Source: a phage
Sequence record: PZ386953.1
Reading direction: 5' to 3' (one strand)
Length of the DNA: 64,000 bases
Shown piece by piece: positions 55,571 through 64,000 of the stretch. The first letter of the stretch is position 1. Every line of letters starts with the position of its first letter. The position numbers were made by a program, and so were the translations under genes. Below the pieces are notes generated by a model that saw only the letters and a program-made list of their open reading frames with translations, searched no databases and was not told where the DNA came from.

Positions 55571-56125
55571 GTTTTTCTCCTCTTTGTCAAGTGCTGCATG
55601 AAAAATTTACAAACTGGTATGGTAGCATTTTTGCGGCCCTGTTTACATTCAGCGATGTATGTATAAACCTTGCTGTGTGGGCGTTTAGACGTCTAGACGG
55701 TTGGAAGTCTGCAGGTCAATATCTAATCTATTGGCTGCTAACCATATCCCACACAAATAGTAATAAATATAATTGTTATATGCGTAAACAGTAACTCATG
55801 TTATCAATCCCTGTATGTATCGCCAGTGGTGCGCATAATGGGTATTATGTTAAATTGCCCGTAATGATAACTATTCTCACAATGATAGGTATTCTCATTC
55901 ACCCCCACAAGATAGGTTGCAAATGTTGTGCCACTGTGTGAACGGCCTAGCCTATTAATTTGCCTCACTGCCTTGATATTTGAGAATTGTTATAAGAATG
56001 AGAAGTATTCCCATTTCGTCCGCTTGGCAGCACTCCAGTCGCTACCGGCTCCTGACAGGGCAGCACTCCTGTCGGTCAGGTCAAAATCGTGGTATAACTG
56101 GACCTGTTCAGATATTTCTGGCTGA

Positions 56126-56664
56126 CTCTTCAGGCCTGTGTGGGAAAAGCCGACCCCTCCGGCGGCGGGGAGGGGGTCAATTAAAAAATTTACGGGGTAT
56201 ATGAAGCGCTCTTCAGGTAAGGCAGGTATTATGGGATGAAACCCTCTTCAGGTAATGATATTTGTGGGTGTGATATTTGCTGGAAAGCCAGATATTACGG
56301 GACTCCCGGCGGGGCAGGGGTGGTACAGACAGGGAAAATATGGGGATGTAGTTGGGTAAATTGATCAGACAGGTAGGGTATAGGATATGTTACAAGTATG
56401 TTAAATATGGAGGTTGAATATCTGTAAGATTTGTGTGTAAAATCAAAGACTTAAGTGGTGTTGTGGTATTTTCTATAAATAATTCAAGTTTAATAGGTGA
56501 TATTTGTCCCTATCTACTTTGTGTGGTAAACAGATTCAGATGAGATTGGTTTACGAGTGTATACATAATATACAAATTAAAGATACAAGAAACCCCCTCC
56601 CCCTTCGGCTACCATTCACCTTTTCCTCTGACTGGTACTTAAACACTTATTCAGACTCTTCAGG
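56126..56664. repeat. CTCTTCAGG motif repeats and GC-rich hairpins in ORF-free region
   Basis: CTCTTCAGG at about 56126, 56209, 56245, 56656; inverted repeat GACCCCTCC-GGCGGC-GGGGAGGGGGTC at about 56152-56178. Confidence 0.5.
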
Positions 56665-57013
56665 TTATCACCCATATATCATATGGCAGTGACTGGTGTC
56701 CTCCGGCCCCTCTTTCGTCACCCGTCCGCTTCGCCATGCTAATGCCATAGCCAAATGTTCGGTTGTTCACCATGTTCACTCAGGTGTATCTCCATACCCC
56801 TTCAAACCGAAGAGAACAGAAAACCCGAATTACTCGGTAAAAGAAAAGAGAAGAACTTAATTTTATCAGGATAGGCAAGAATGTCAAGGCATGACTGCTC
56901 ACTAAACAAGCAAACAGTCATGTGTGGAAGGTAAGTGATTGTGGTGGTGGGAAATTTAGTTGAAAGATGTATTGTAGGTGCTCCAGCACTTTAGCCGGGC
57001 AGCTAATTGTGTG

Positions 57014-57229
57014 TCAGTCCAGCGGTTCATCCTCTACTTCACTGAAATCAATGTTCATGGTCTCTTCCCAACCATCGATCTCAGCACAAGAGTGGAGTTC
57101 TTTAGGGTTTACTCCCAAAGCCTCAGCAACAGAGTCTATATTTAACACCTCTGGCAGGTATGATTCATCGAATTCCAGGTAAATCAGGCCACGAGTGTTG
57201 TCAGCTCCACCAAATATTTCTATCTTCAT
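57014..57229 (-). CDS. small acidic protein
   Basis: 71 aa, Asp/Glu-rich; SD GGAGA. Confidence 0.45.
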   Translation of the reverse strand: MKIEIFGGADNTRGLIYLEFDESYLPEVLNIDSVAEALGVNPKELHSCAEIDGWEETMNIDFSEVEDEPLD

Positions 57230-57349
57230 AAAATCTCCTCTGGAAATGAGAGTGTGAACGGGTTTTATACGTCACAATGCACAGGAATTATGCACGTTTG
57301 CCTCTTCAGGCCATGCTTTAGCATGAGGAACCTGTGTGGGCTCGGTGCT

Positions 57350-57562
57350 TCATAGTCTACCACCTCTGAACTCTTCGTGCTCAGGCATAATAGAGAACCA
57401 GATATCTACGATGTCCTCCCACGTCAGGTCATCAGCCTCAGGATCTGTCTGGGACGAAGATGAAGAGTCCTCAGAATCTAAGTTTTCCTCTTTAACTGGC
57501 TCATCCAAGGGACATATGGTCACTCCTTCGGATGTCTCTTCAGATGCATGTGTGTTGATCAT
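57350..57562 (-). CDS. small acidic Ser-rich protein
   Basis: 70 aa, poly-Ser and acidic stretches. Confidence 0.4.
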   Translation of the reverse strand: MINTHASEETSEGVTICPLDEPVKEENLDSEDSSSSSQTDPEADDLTWEDIVDIWFSIMPEHEEFRGGRL

Positions 57563-57922
57563 GTTCCACCCGTGAGTATTCCGGCAACAGCCGCTATGGA
57601 AGTAATGATCATCAGGATCACCACTAAAACTTCAGACAATGTTCTCATTGTGTATTCCATATTCTCCAAACTGTGTGTGGATACTATCACGGGAGCGGTA
57701 ATGTGTCAACAGCAACGCCGCGAGGGTTTGGTTAAAATCCGAGCGTATGGTGATTTTGGTCAAAACGGACGTGCGTTCTCGCTACGCTCGAAAGAGAGAC
57801 TTGTTTGTAGAAAGCTCTTAAACGCTCTGTAACGAGATTATCTGTCCAAGGTATGCAATCGTGCACCAGATAAAGAAAAGGACGCCACAGAGCGTCCTAG
57901 GTGTCTTAAATTTGATATTTTG

Positions 57923-58234
57923 CTATACCCATGAGGGCTTATCAAGGTTGGAGTAGCTGAAAGGTGTCAAAAGGTGACTGTCAAAATCCCTCAAACTATC
58001 CAAATCTTTTTCCTCGTCCTGACACCATCTGTGCCTACATTTATTGTTGTAGTGCATAGAATGCATAGCGTTCTGCAACTTAACAGGTACAAGTGATTCA
58101 GGAGTAGATAGTATTGTTGGGTATGCCAGAATCACCTCAAACAGTGGAAACACATCGAAACTAAAGTCTACCTCTGCAGAGGTTGATGGCATATAGGAGT
58201 ATTTAGCCGCCTTTGTAGACATAATCCACCTCAC
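57923..58234 (-). CDS. hypothetical protein
   Basis: 103-aa ORF, start overlaps upstream stop. Confidence 0.4.
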   Translation of the reverse strand: MRWIMSTKAAKYSYMPSTSAEVDFSFDVFPLFEVILAYPTILSTPESLVPVKLQNAMHSMHYNNKCRHRWCQDEEKDLDSLRDFDSHLLTPFSYSNLDKPSWV

Positions 58235-58557
58235 ACAGGTTTGATAATACCTTTACCGAATAATTCTTCGTATCTAATCTTATCCGGATCCCACTCTTGG
58301 ATAATTTCGAAGACAATATCCAACCCAGGGATAATCACTTCTCCAGTGTCAAGTTTGGCAAGAACAAAACCAGAAGGCTGAATGGTTTCCCAGTTGCGCC
58401 GATTGGAATAGAAGACCTCGAAAATATCGCCGACCTTTATCTGTTGATCAAGATGTTCAAGATTCTCTTTCATATAGACGCAGCGGATTTTTCGTGCAGG
58501 CCATAGACCACCTGCATCACGTTCATTTAGCTCTTTTACAGTAATCGGTATACCCAT
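58231..58557 (-). CDS. hypothetical protein
   Basis: 108 aa; SD AAGGAG upstream on - strand. Confidence 0.45.
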   Translation of the reverse strand: MGIPITVKELNERDAGGLWPARKIRCVYMKENLEHLDQQIKVGDIFEVFYSNRRNWETIQPSGFVLAKLDTGEVIIPGLDIVFEIIQEWDPDKIRYEELFGKGIIKPV

Positions 58558-58580
58558 CTCAAATCTCCTTCATAGATAGT

Positions 58581-58610
58581 AAAAAGAGGGGCCCAAGCCC
58601 CCCTCTTTGT
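58581..58610 (-). terminator. intrinsic terminator (- strand)
   Basis: Read on - strand: AGAGGGG ... CCCCTCT hairpin followed by TTTTT. Confidence 0.5.
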
Positions 58611-58612
58611 CA

Positions 58613-58918
58613 TTATTCTACAGAGCGTTTGAACAGAATGTCTGCCTCAGACATGTGCTCAACCTCTTCTTCGATTTTAGCGCGACGTTTTTCAGCCTCA
58701 TAGCGAATATCGAACTCGGTAGCCACCAGAGATTTGATGAATTTAGGAGAATACAGGTGATCCTGCTTCTCAACGAGAATGATATCCTTAATGGCATCTT
58801 TCAGATCTTTAATCTGAAGTTGGAGTTCTACCAGTTCTTCGATTGTTTTGCGAAGGCGATCACGCTCTGCAGTGTCAGAAGGAAGAGAGGTGAACAGTTC
58901 AACTTTAGATTTAGCCAT
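58613..58918 (-). CDS. charged coiled-coil protein
   Basis: 101 aa; SD AGGAGA. Confidence 0.5.
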   Translation of the reverse strand: MAKSKVELFTSLPSDTAERDRLRKTIEELVELQLQIKDLKDAIKDIILVEKQDHLYSPKFIKSLVATEFDIRYEAEKRRAKIEEEVEHMSEADILFKRSVE

Positions 58919-58946
58919 AGTGAGAGTCTCCTTATGTTGTTTTAAA

Positions 58947-59198
58947 TTAACGTTCTACAAAAATACCGTTCAGTTCAATAACCAGGAATTTCTGGTCTTC
59001 ACTATCGTCTCGTGCCAGCACCTCACAGACGTATCGGTCATCCACATCATCATCGCAGTCAAATACAAGACTGAGGACTTTATCATGGTAAACCTTCGCC
59101 ACTACCGCCTCGTAAGTATTGCCGATTGTGAATCCAAGATAATCTCCGATGCATTTGACAACAACATGGTCTCCAGCATTTAAGTCAATCTTCGTCAT
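58947..59198 (-). CDS. small acidic protein
   Basis: Start set to internal Met (MTKIDL) preceded by AAGGAG SD; track ORF extends to 59264. Confidence 0.45.
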   Translation of the reverse strand: MTKIDLNAGDHVVVKCIGDYLGFTIGNTYEAVVAKVYHDKVLSLVFDCDDDVDDRYVCEVLARDDSEDQKFLVIELNGIFVER

Positions 59199-59353
59199 TA
59201 CTGCGCTCCTTGGGTAATAATACTGTATGTAAAACTTTAACCAGAGATGTGAATAACGCCCCAAAACACACCGATAGCGCTAAAACAGACAAGGCCATCA
59301 TTAAAGCTTCAGTAAAATCAGTCATTCCTCACCTCTTGTTAGTCACTATACTA

Positions 59354-59617
59354 TCATTTATCCTTGTCGTCAAGAACTTTTTTAAATCTTTCAGGGATAT
59401 CTCCCGTTCTTAGATAGTTCATGACCTCGCAAGGTTCCCACTTGAATTTCTTACAGAGCAGGGCGGCTGAGATTGTTTCATTGCGAAAAGAAAGGATATT
59501 AATATCCCACTCTGAGAACCCCAACTTCCGAAGGGTAGCTACAGAAATCCTCACCGCAACCCAGCAGCAAAAACATGCAACAAACGCCACTGCTACAACC
59601 CACATCAGGATGTTCAT
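59354..59617 (-). CDS. small membrane protein
   Basis: N-terminal TM helix ILMWVVAVAFVACFCCWVAV. Confidence 0.45.
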   Translation of the reverse strand: MNILMWVVAVAFVACFCCWVAVRISVATLRKLGFSEWDINILSFRNETISAALLCKKFKWEPCEVMNYLRTGDIPERFKKVLDDKDK

Positions 59618-59706
59618 ATAAGCACCTTACTGAAATACAAGACACAGTGTTAAGGTTACTGACCAGCAAATAATTAACAGTGCCGTTGCAACCTTGGCAA
59701 GATTTA

Positions 59707-59994
59707 TCATAGTGCCTCTAAGATTTCATATCCTTCGGGTCGGAATACAAGCCACTCCGTGGCTCCGTTTGGTCGATACGCTTTATACAGAACAACCTGG
59801 TCTCGGCACATGCACATGGCTACATAGTTTTCATCCACACCTGCAGCCTGCATTGCATCTTCTTCTCCGGCAACTGCTTTGCTTACAACTTCCTTGGTAG
59901 GCAGGTGTGCGATCAGCTCGTCACCATCATTAATTCCAAAATGGCTGAGTTCGCCGTTGGTATCTTTAATCTTAATCTTAACCAGATCTTTCAT
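59707..59994 (-). CDS. small acidic protein (MK.K family)
   Basis: 95 aa; N-terminus MKDLVKIKIKD, acidic, ends YEILEAL. Confidence 0.5.
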   Translation of the reverse strand: MKDLVKIKIKDTNGELSHFGINDGDELIAHLPTKEVVSKAVAGEEDAMQAAGVDENYVAMCMCRDQVVLYKAYRPNGATEWLVFRPEGYEILEAL

Positions 59995-60323
59995 TAGTCT
60001 TCCCCCAGGTTCAAAGGTCCTAAGATTTCATATGCCAGATTAGAAGTTACAAGAGGGTCTTCTGCGTCTTTAGTATTATACCACCCGTGAATAACCAGAG
60101 TCCCACTTTGTTTCATGTCCAACTGGAACTCTTCTGCCGTTTCCTCATCCAGCTCCAAGATTTCCATAAGGTATTTGATGTTAGGGAGGTATGCAGCTGT
60201 TACAGTCCCCTCTACCAGACCTTCAGGCCAACCTACATCTGGATGACAAGTAGGAACCAGGTTGGTCAGCTTAATGGTGTACGCTTTTTCTGCACGAGCC
60301 TTCAGTAACGGGTCAATCTTCAT
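59994..60323 (-). CDS. small acidic protein (MK.K family)
   Basis: 109 aa; starts MKIDP; ATGA overlap. Confidence 0.5.
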   Translation of the reverse strand: MKIDPLLKARAEKAYTIKLTNLVPTCHPDVGWPEGLVEGTVTAAYLPNIKYLMEILELDEETAEEFQLDMKQSGTLVIHGWYNTKDAEDPLVTSNLAYEILGPLNLGED

Positions 60324-60673
60324 TATTCGTCCTCCTCTTCGGTACCTGCTTCCAGTAATAAGTTAAGAATATCTTCTGCACAAGGTTCATAGAACTCTTG
60401 GCCTTCATTATCGATGATTTTGTAGTCATCTCCACGAATAATCAGGGGATCACTCTCAAAATTATCGAGACCTTTAACAACGACAACACGATCGATTGCC
60501 ATCATTGTAAGAACTTTATCGACATCTTCCTCTGCTACACCATACTGCAGCAGAATGTCTTTGGTAGGAGGAACAGCATCCACCACAACGCCGTTACCAA
60601 AACCTTCTGGAAGTTTAGCTAAAATATCTTCCGGAACCACATTCACATCAAAACCGGTAATTTCTACTTTCAT
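60323..60673 (-). CDS. small acidic protein (MK.K family)
   Basis: 116 aa; starts MKVEITGFDV; very acidic C-terminus. Confidence 0.5.
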   Translation of the reverse strand: MKVEITGFDVNVVPEDILAKLPEGFGNGVVVDAVPPTKDILLQYGVAEEDVDKVLTMMAIDRVVVVKGLDNFESDPLIIRGDDYKIIDNEGQEFYEPCAEDILNLLLEAGTEEEDE

Positions 60674-60934
60674 TTACAGCACCTCTTCGTCAACTACTTC
60701 ATAAAAATGGCCTGGGATTGCAATAGCGTTCTCACCTTCACCTACAAACACAGTTCCGTCAAGAATCAACATCATAAGAATTTCTGTAATATCCTCTTCC
60801 GGAACGTTGCCAAAACCTTTAATCAGCTCGTAGGTTGGAATATTTACCTCTAAGATGTCACCATCTTTAGAACGGAAATCAACACCGTCCTGAATCTCTG
60901 CCGTTTCAAGGTTTTTCAATTTAATCTTCATCAA
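60674..60934 (-). CDS. small acidic protein (MK.K family)
   Basis: 86 aa; starts MMKIKLKNLE; ends YEVVDEEVL. Confidence 0.5.
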   Translation of the reverse strand: MMKIKLKNLETAEIQDGVDFRSKDGDILEVNIPTYELIKGFGNVPEEDITEILMMLILDGTVFVGEGENAIAIPGHFYEVVDEEVL

Positions 60935-61010
60935 TCGGTCCCCTGTCTTGTTAAGATGAAGGTATTATTTCACACAGGGTTGGCGTTGTCAACACCTGTG
61001 TGCAAGAAAA

Positions 61011-61406
61011 TTACTGAAACAGTGCGGATAAATTACCTTCTGGTGGGAACTTATCTGCCAAAAACGGTGTTAGCACAGTAGCCTTCTGAAGATCTGGGGT
61101 CCACTCGTTGTTCAGAACATCCCAGTAGTACGCAATGTTGCTGTGTGGGTGCCGCATTACGAACTTTTTCCCTTCGTAGTCATCTGAAACCTCTACAGAA
61201 GAAATAACAACAGAATCTTCAAGGGTTTCTTCATAGAAAGATCCACCTTCAAATTTCCAACGAGATGCAAGAGCCCCTGCCTTGAACGCTGCAGATAACG
61301 GACTGTCGGCAAGAACATACATTTCTTGCACTCTGTCGCTGCGATCTTTGCTTCTTACGTTGTATACAGTATCTGAGCTATACTCAACACGGTATAGGCT
61401 TACCAT
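61011..61406 (-). CDS. family B paralog (131 aa)
   Basis: HPHSNIAYYWDVLNNEWTP aligns with HPDSRVKHYWNARTKTWTP of gene 63218-63616. Confidence 0.5.
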   Translation of the reverse strand: MVSLYRVEYSSDTVYNVRSKDRSDRVQEMYVLADSPLSAAFKAGALASRWKFEGGSFYEETLEDSVVISSVEVSDDYEGKKFVMRHPHSNIAYYWDVLNNEWTPDLQKATVLTPFLADKFPPEGNLSALFQ

Positions 61407-61765
61407 TACCGCACCTCCTCAATAACTTCCACATCTGAACCTACCACAAATGCAAAAGGACAGGTTTCATGAAAGATATCCGGATCGCCGCCAAGCTTGC
61501 TAACAATTTCTCCACCACTAATAAACACAAGCTCACCGATATTCATCAGATTGCTGAAATAGTACCCATAATGATTAAAGAATGCAGCAGGGTCAGGTAG
61601 ACTAGTAGCCTCAAGCACTACATCGGTTGAGGTTACTTTCTTATCATAACCTCTCGCCTTTTGAGATGCAAGATCTGCAGAATCCTCAGGCGACCGGAGA
61701 TGCACAGGAATTGTTTCACCAATAAAGCGTACTTTCATATTATCACCCAACAACCATAGCTTCAA
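61406..61765 (-). CDS. family A paralog (119 aa)
   Basis: C-terminal PFAFVVGSDVEVIEE aligns with YAFGVGSDADIVEL (63629-63883) and the partial gene at the window edge. Confidence 0.5.
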   Translation of the reverse strand: MKLWLLGDNMKVRFIGETIPVHLRSPEDSADLASQKARGYDKKVTSTDVVLEATSLPDPAAFFNHYGYYFSNLMNIGELVFISGGEIVSKLGGDPDIFHETCPFAFVVGSDVEVIEEVR

Positions 61766-62006
61766 AAGGAGTCATGAACGAATAAACGGCATCATCATCT
61801 GCTTCAGGGAATGCTCCCAAAGACTTCATATCTGAGCCCTTGACAAATACAAGGTTTTGATCAAAGGCTTCTTGGGGGTCAATCCGATACATATTTCGTA
61901 AAATATCGCTTACCTCCTCATCAAGAGGTGAGTATGCTGTGCACGTTTTTCCGATCAAGCTTTGAGAATCAGGGTATCCACCTGAAGTTTTAAAATAAAC
62001 AATCAT
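61743..62006 (-). CDS. hypothetical protein
   Basis: 87-aa ORF. Confidence 0.45.
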   Translation of the reverse strand: MIVYFKTSGGYPDSQSLIGKTCTAYSPLDEEVSDILRNMYRIDPQEAFDQNLVFVKGSDMKSLGAFPEADDDAVYSFMTPFEAMVVG

Positions 62007-62097
62007 ATAGTATCACCTCTGGTAAGAGATTGGGACTCCTTTCCCACAAATAATTACAAATCTTCCTTAGCGAGGAAGTATGCTAATCCAAGCAGGA

Positions 62098-62367
62098 TTA
62101 TTCCTCTACAATCTCATACACATCAGGAGTTACAATCAACTCTTCTCCGTTACCCGGTGCAACAAACACCACCAAACCTTCAGGTGTGTGCTTTTTAGCC
62201 ATCTCGATAACATCTTCTCGCAGAGCTGGCTCCATCAGATCAAAACCTTCACCTAGGGCATCACGAACCACCTTCATATAGTCCACTGGTTGTGCTTCAA
62301 CAATCATGCCTTCAACCAGTCCACAATTTTTGTCTGCCAGCTCAGTTTGGAATAATTTAATTTTCAT
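62098..62367 (-). CDS. small acidic protein (MK.K family)
   Basis: 89 aa; starts MKIKLFQTE; ends VYEIVEE; about 22 percent Asp+Glu. Confidence 0.5.
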   Translation of the reverse strand: MKIKLFQTELADKNCGLVEGMIVEAQPVDYMKVVRDALGEGFDLMEPALREDVIEMAKKHTPEGLVVFVAPGNGEELIVTPDVYEIVEE

Positions 62368-62504
62368 TTAGAGGTCTCCTCAATTATTTGATATTAATAG
62401 CCGTAACCTAACACATTAACTACAACTGCGATTGCAAACATAATTTCAAAGCATGCAATCTCTACATTTGGGACTAATTTCTTAATCACACCCATTGTAG
62501 CACC

Positions 62505-62825
62505 TCATTCTCCAAAGTCAATCTTTACTTTGCCTTTCCCCTTACCTTTCTTTCCACCGCATTTAGCCAGCTGACGTGCTGCAACATCTACCATACGGTC
62601 AGTTGCCTCGTAAGCATCACTGCCTTTAGCCTTGGCAATAACTTCTTTTCCAGAATTGTCAAAAATGAACGCCATAACTTCCTGGTGATCATTTTCAACT
62701 TTTACACTCACACGTGCATAGTTAACAGAGGGATGTAAACGCTCCAGCTTGGACATTTTGCGGGAAATAAAAGATACCATACCTTCTGTGATTTCTACAT
62801 TGTTGCCAGTGATTTCAATTTGCAT
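62505..62825 (-). CDS. hpf: ribosome hibernation promoting factor / RaiA (YfiA) family homolog
   Basis: N-terminus MQIEITGNNVEITEG nearly identical to the start of enterobacterial HPF as I recall it; AARQLAK motif; about 106 aa with basic KKGKGKGK tail. Confidence 0.75.
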   Translation of the reverse strand: MQIEITGNNVEITEGMVSFISRKMSKLERLHPSVNYARVSVKVENDHQEVMAFIFDNSGKEVIAKAKGSDAYEATDRMVDVAARQLAKCGGKKGKGKGKVKIDFGE

Positions 62826-62909
62826 AACGTGTTCCTTTTAAGGAAGAGGGAATAACTATCTCTCTTTGAAAACAATGATACTAAATCTGAAGCGTTGTGT
62901 CAACAGTTT

Positions 62910-63200
62910 TTACAGCTTGTTGTCGATAGTTTTTAAAATATCCACAGCAAGATCTGCCATTTTTCGAACATACTCTGCAAACTCAACAGGATCCTTGATC
63001 AAAGAATTCACAGGGTCGTACCCTAGAGCGTTTAAAATGGCTGCAGCATCTACAACCTTCTCATCATTTGCGAAGATCTCTCCGTCAAACTTGTAGGTCC
63101 ATTTTGAGTCAACCTTAGCAGAGCAGGGTTTGTCCATGCTTGTTACACCATCGTCTTTAAACTCTCCTGCGTTATCAATATTTAGAATTAAATCCATCAT
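62910..63200 (-). CDS. hypothetical protein
   Basis: 96-aa ORF. Confidence 0.45.
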   Translation of the reverse strand: MMDLILNIDNAGEFKDDGVTSMDKPCSAKVDSKWTYKFDGEIFANDEKVVDAAAILNALGYDPVNSLIKDPVEFAEYVRKMADLAVDILKTIDNKL

Positions 63201-63217
63201 GGTGACACCTCACTGTT

Positions 63218-63616
63218 TCAGTTTAGCTTTTCTTCAACAACCCCATAACTTGGGGCAGAGTCAAGAGCTTTCTGGTTTAAAAGTGGCGTAGCAGAATCTG
63301 CAAACGGTGTCCAAGTTTTTGTTCTGGCATTCCAGTAATGCTTCACTCTGGAATCTGGATGCACTATAACAAAAACTTTTTCACTTGTCAACACATTAAT
63401 TTCTTCTACACCCTTGCTGATAATTTCTCCGTCATAGCCCCCAGTCTGGTATCCTTCGTACCAGGTTCTTGCATAGGCATAGCCAGCCTGCCAGCATGCA
63501 GCCTCCTCCGAGGTGGAGACTACGTAGAAGTCTTTCTCAAATTCTGGAATACGCCCTTGCTTTACGCTCCAAGCCCCGCGAATTTTCATTGTAACTTTAA
63601 ACAGTTTATTTTTCAC
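63218..63616 (-). CDS. family B paralog (132 aa)
   Basis: Paralogous to 61011-61406. Confidence 0.5.
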   Translation of the reverse strand: MKNKLFKVTMKIRGAWSVKQGRIPEFEKDFYVVSTSEEAACWQAGYAYARTWYEGYQTGGYDGEIISKGVEEINVLTSEKVFVIVHPDSRVKHYWNARTKTWTPFADSATPLLNQKALDSAPSYGVVEEKLN

Positions 63617-63628
63617 AACGGTTACCCA

Positions 63629-63883
63629 TCACAGCTCTACAATATCTGCATCTGACCCTACCCCAAAGGCATAGTAGGACTCTTCCCCGAAATAATATTC
63701 AGGTGCACCAGCGGTGATCAGGTCTGATCCCAAGATAAACACCACGTTGTGGCCTACATAACTGTGATGTTGCCGCACAGGATCATCCCACGGCAACCCT
63801 TCAAAGTATACCGCAGGAACGACCTTTCCATTCAGGAAGGATTGTCCCAAGTAGACGTTAGAATCAAGAATTTTAACCTTCAT
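63629..63883 (-). CDS. family A paralog (84 aa)
   Basis: Paralogous to 61406-61765. Confidence 0.5.
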   Translation of the reverse strand: MKVKILDSNVYLGQSFLNGKVVPAVYFEGLPWDDPVRQHHSYVGHNVVFILGSDLITAGAPEYYFGEESYYAFGVGSDADIVEL

Positions 63884-64000
63884 GATCGTCCTCCACTACC
63901 TCTACATCCTCACCTAGGGCAAAGTTATAGGTCCACTGACTGTCAAAGCATTCCTGAGATGCACCAGCGGCAATAAGATCTGCTCCTTTTATTTTTAAAA
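63873..64000 (-). CDS. family A paralog, 3' end (partial; start beyond window edge)
   Basis: Frame open to window edge; C-terminus ADLIAAGASQECFDSQWTYNFALGEDVEVVEDDHEG aligns with SDLITAGAPEYYFGEESYYAFGVGSDADIVEL. Confidence 0.4.
   Translation of the reverse strand, partial: LKIKGADLIAAGASQECFDSQWTYNFALGEDVEVVEDDHEG

Noticed and set aside
55540-57575. Short + strand track ORFs in the 54.5-57 kb region and antisense to minus-strand genes (55540-55794, 55928-56204, 56504-56692, 56967-57182, 57336-57575)
   Set aside because: No ribosome-binding sites, repeat-derived or antisense to better-supported genes
1-64000. tRNA or rRNA genes
   Set aside because: No GTTCGAATCC-like T-loop with a matching acceptor stem found in non-coding stretches by eye; a dedicated tRNA scan is still advisable for 54.5-57 kb
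1-64000. Prophage or mobile-element boundaries
   Set aside because: No integrase, transposase, attachment-site repeats next to tRNA, or host genes; gene content is that of a lytic phage

Overview
64-kb fragment of a tailed dsDNA bacteriophage genome. No rRNA, tRNA, CRISPR array, integrase or transposase was seen. Shine-Dalgarno sites, sigma70-type TTGACA/TATAAT promoters, an SSB tail ending DDDIPF and an HPF homolog point to a Gram-negative, probably gammaproteobacterial, host. Layout: (1) 1-10.0 kb, + strand: tail-fibre/adhesin module including a 1878-aa fibre protein. (2) 10.05-17.08 kb, - strand: accessory block with a HAD phosphatase, a tandem paralog array and an HExxH+VWA protein. (3) 17.1-43 kb, + strand: MoxR-like AAA+ ATPase, signal-peptide SleB-like hydrolase, rIIA/rIIB-like pair, Dda-like helicase, two DNA methyltransferase-like genes, T7-type primase-helicase, family A DNA polymerase, SSB-like protein, DarG/TARG1-like macro domain. 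(4) 43.0-43.9 kb: repeat-rich non-coding region. (5) 43.9-54.5 kb, + strand: about 25 small genes, most with their own promoter, 5'UTR hairpin and strong SD (early/host-takeover-like). (6) 54.5-57.0 kb: ORF-free, iteron-rich region. (7) 57-64 kb, - strand: small acidic paralog families plus the HPF homolog. Most novel candidates: the phage HPF, the macro domain, the split MoxR/VWA pair, the modification island, the duplicated acidic-protein modules and the iteron region. CDS coordinates follow the supplied ORF track (some starts trimmed to the first SD-supported codon); non-CDS coordinates were read by eye and may be off by 1-2 bp. All family assignments are motif-based and unconfirmed by search.
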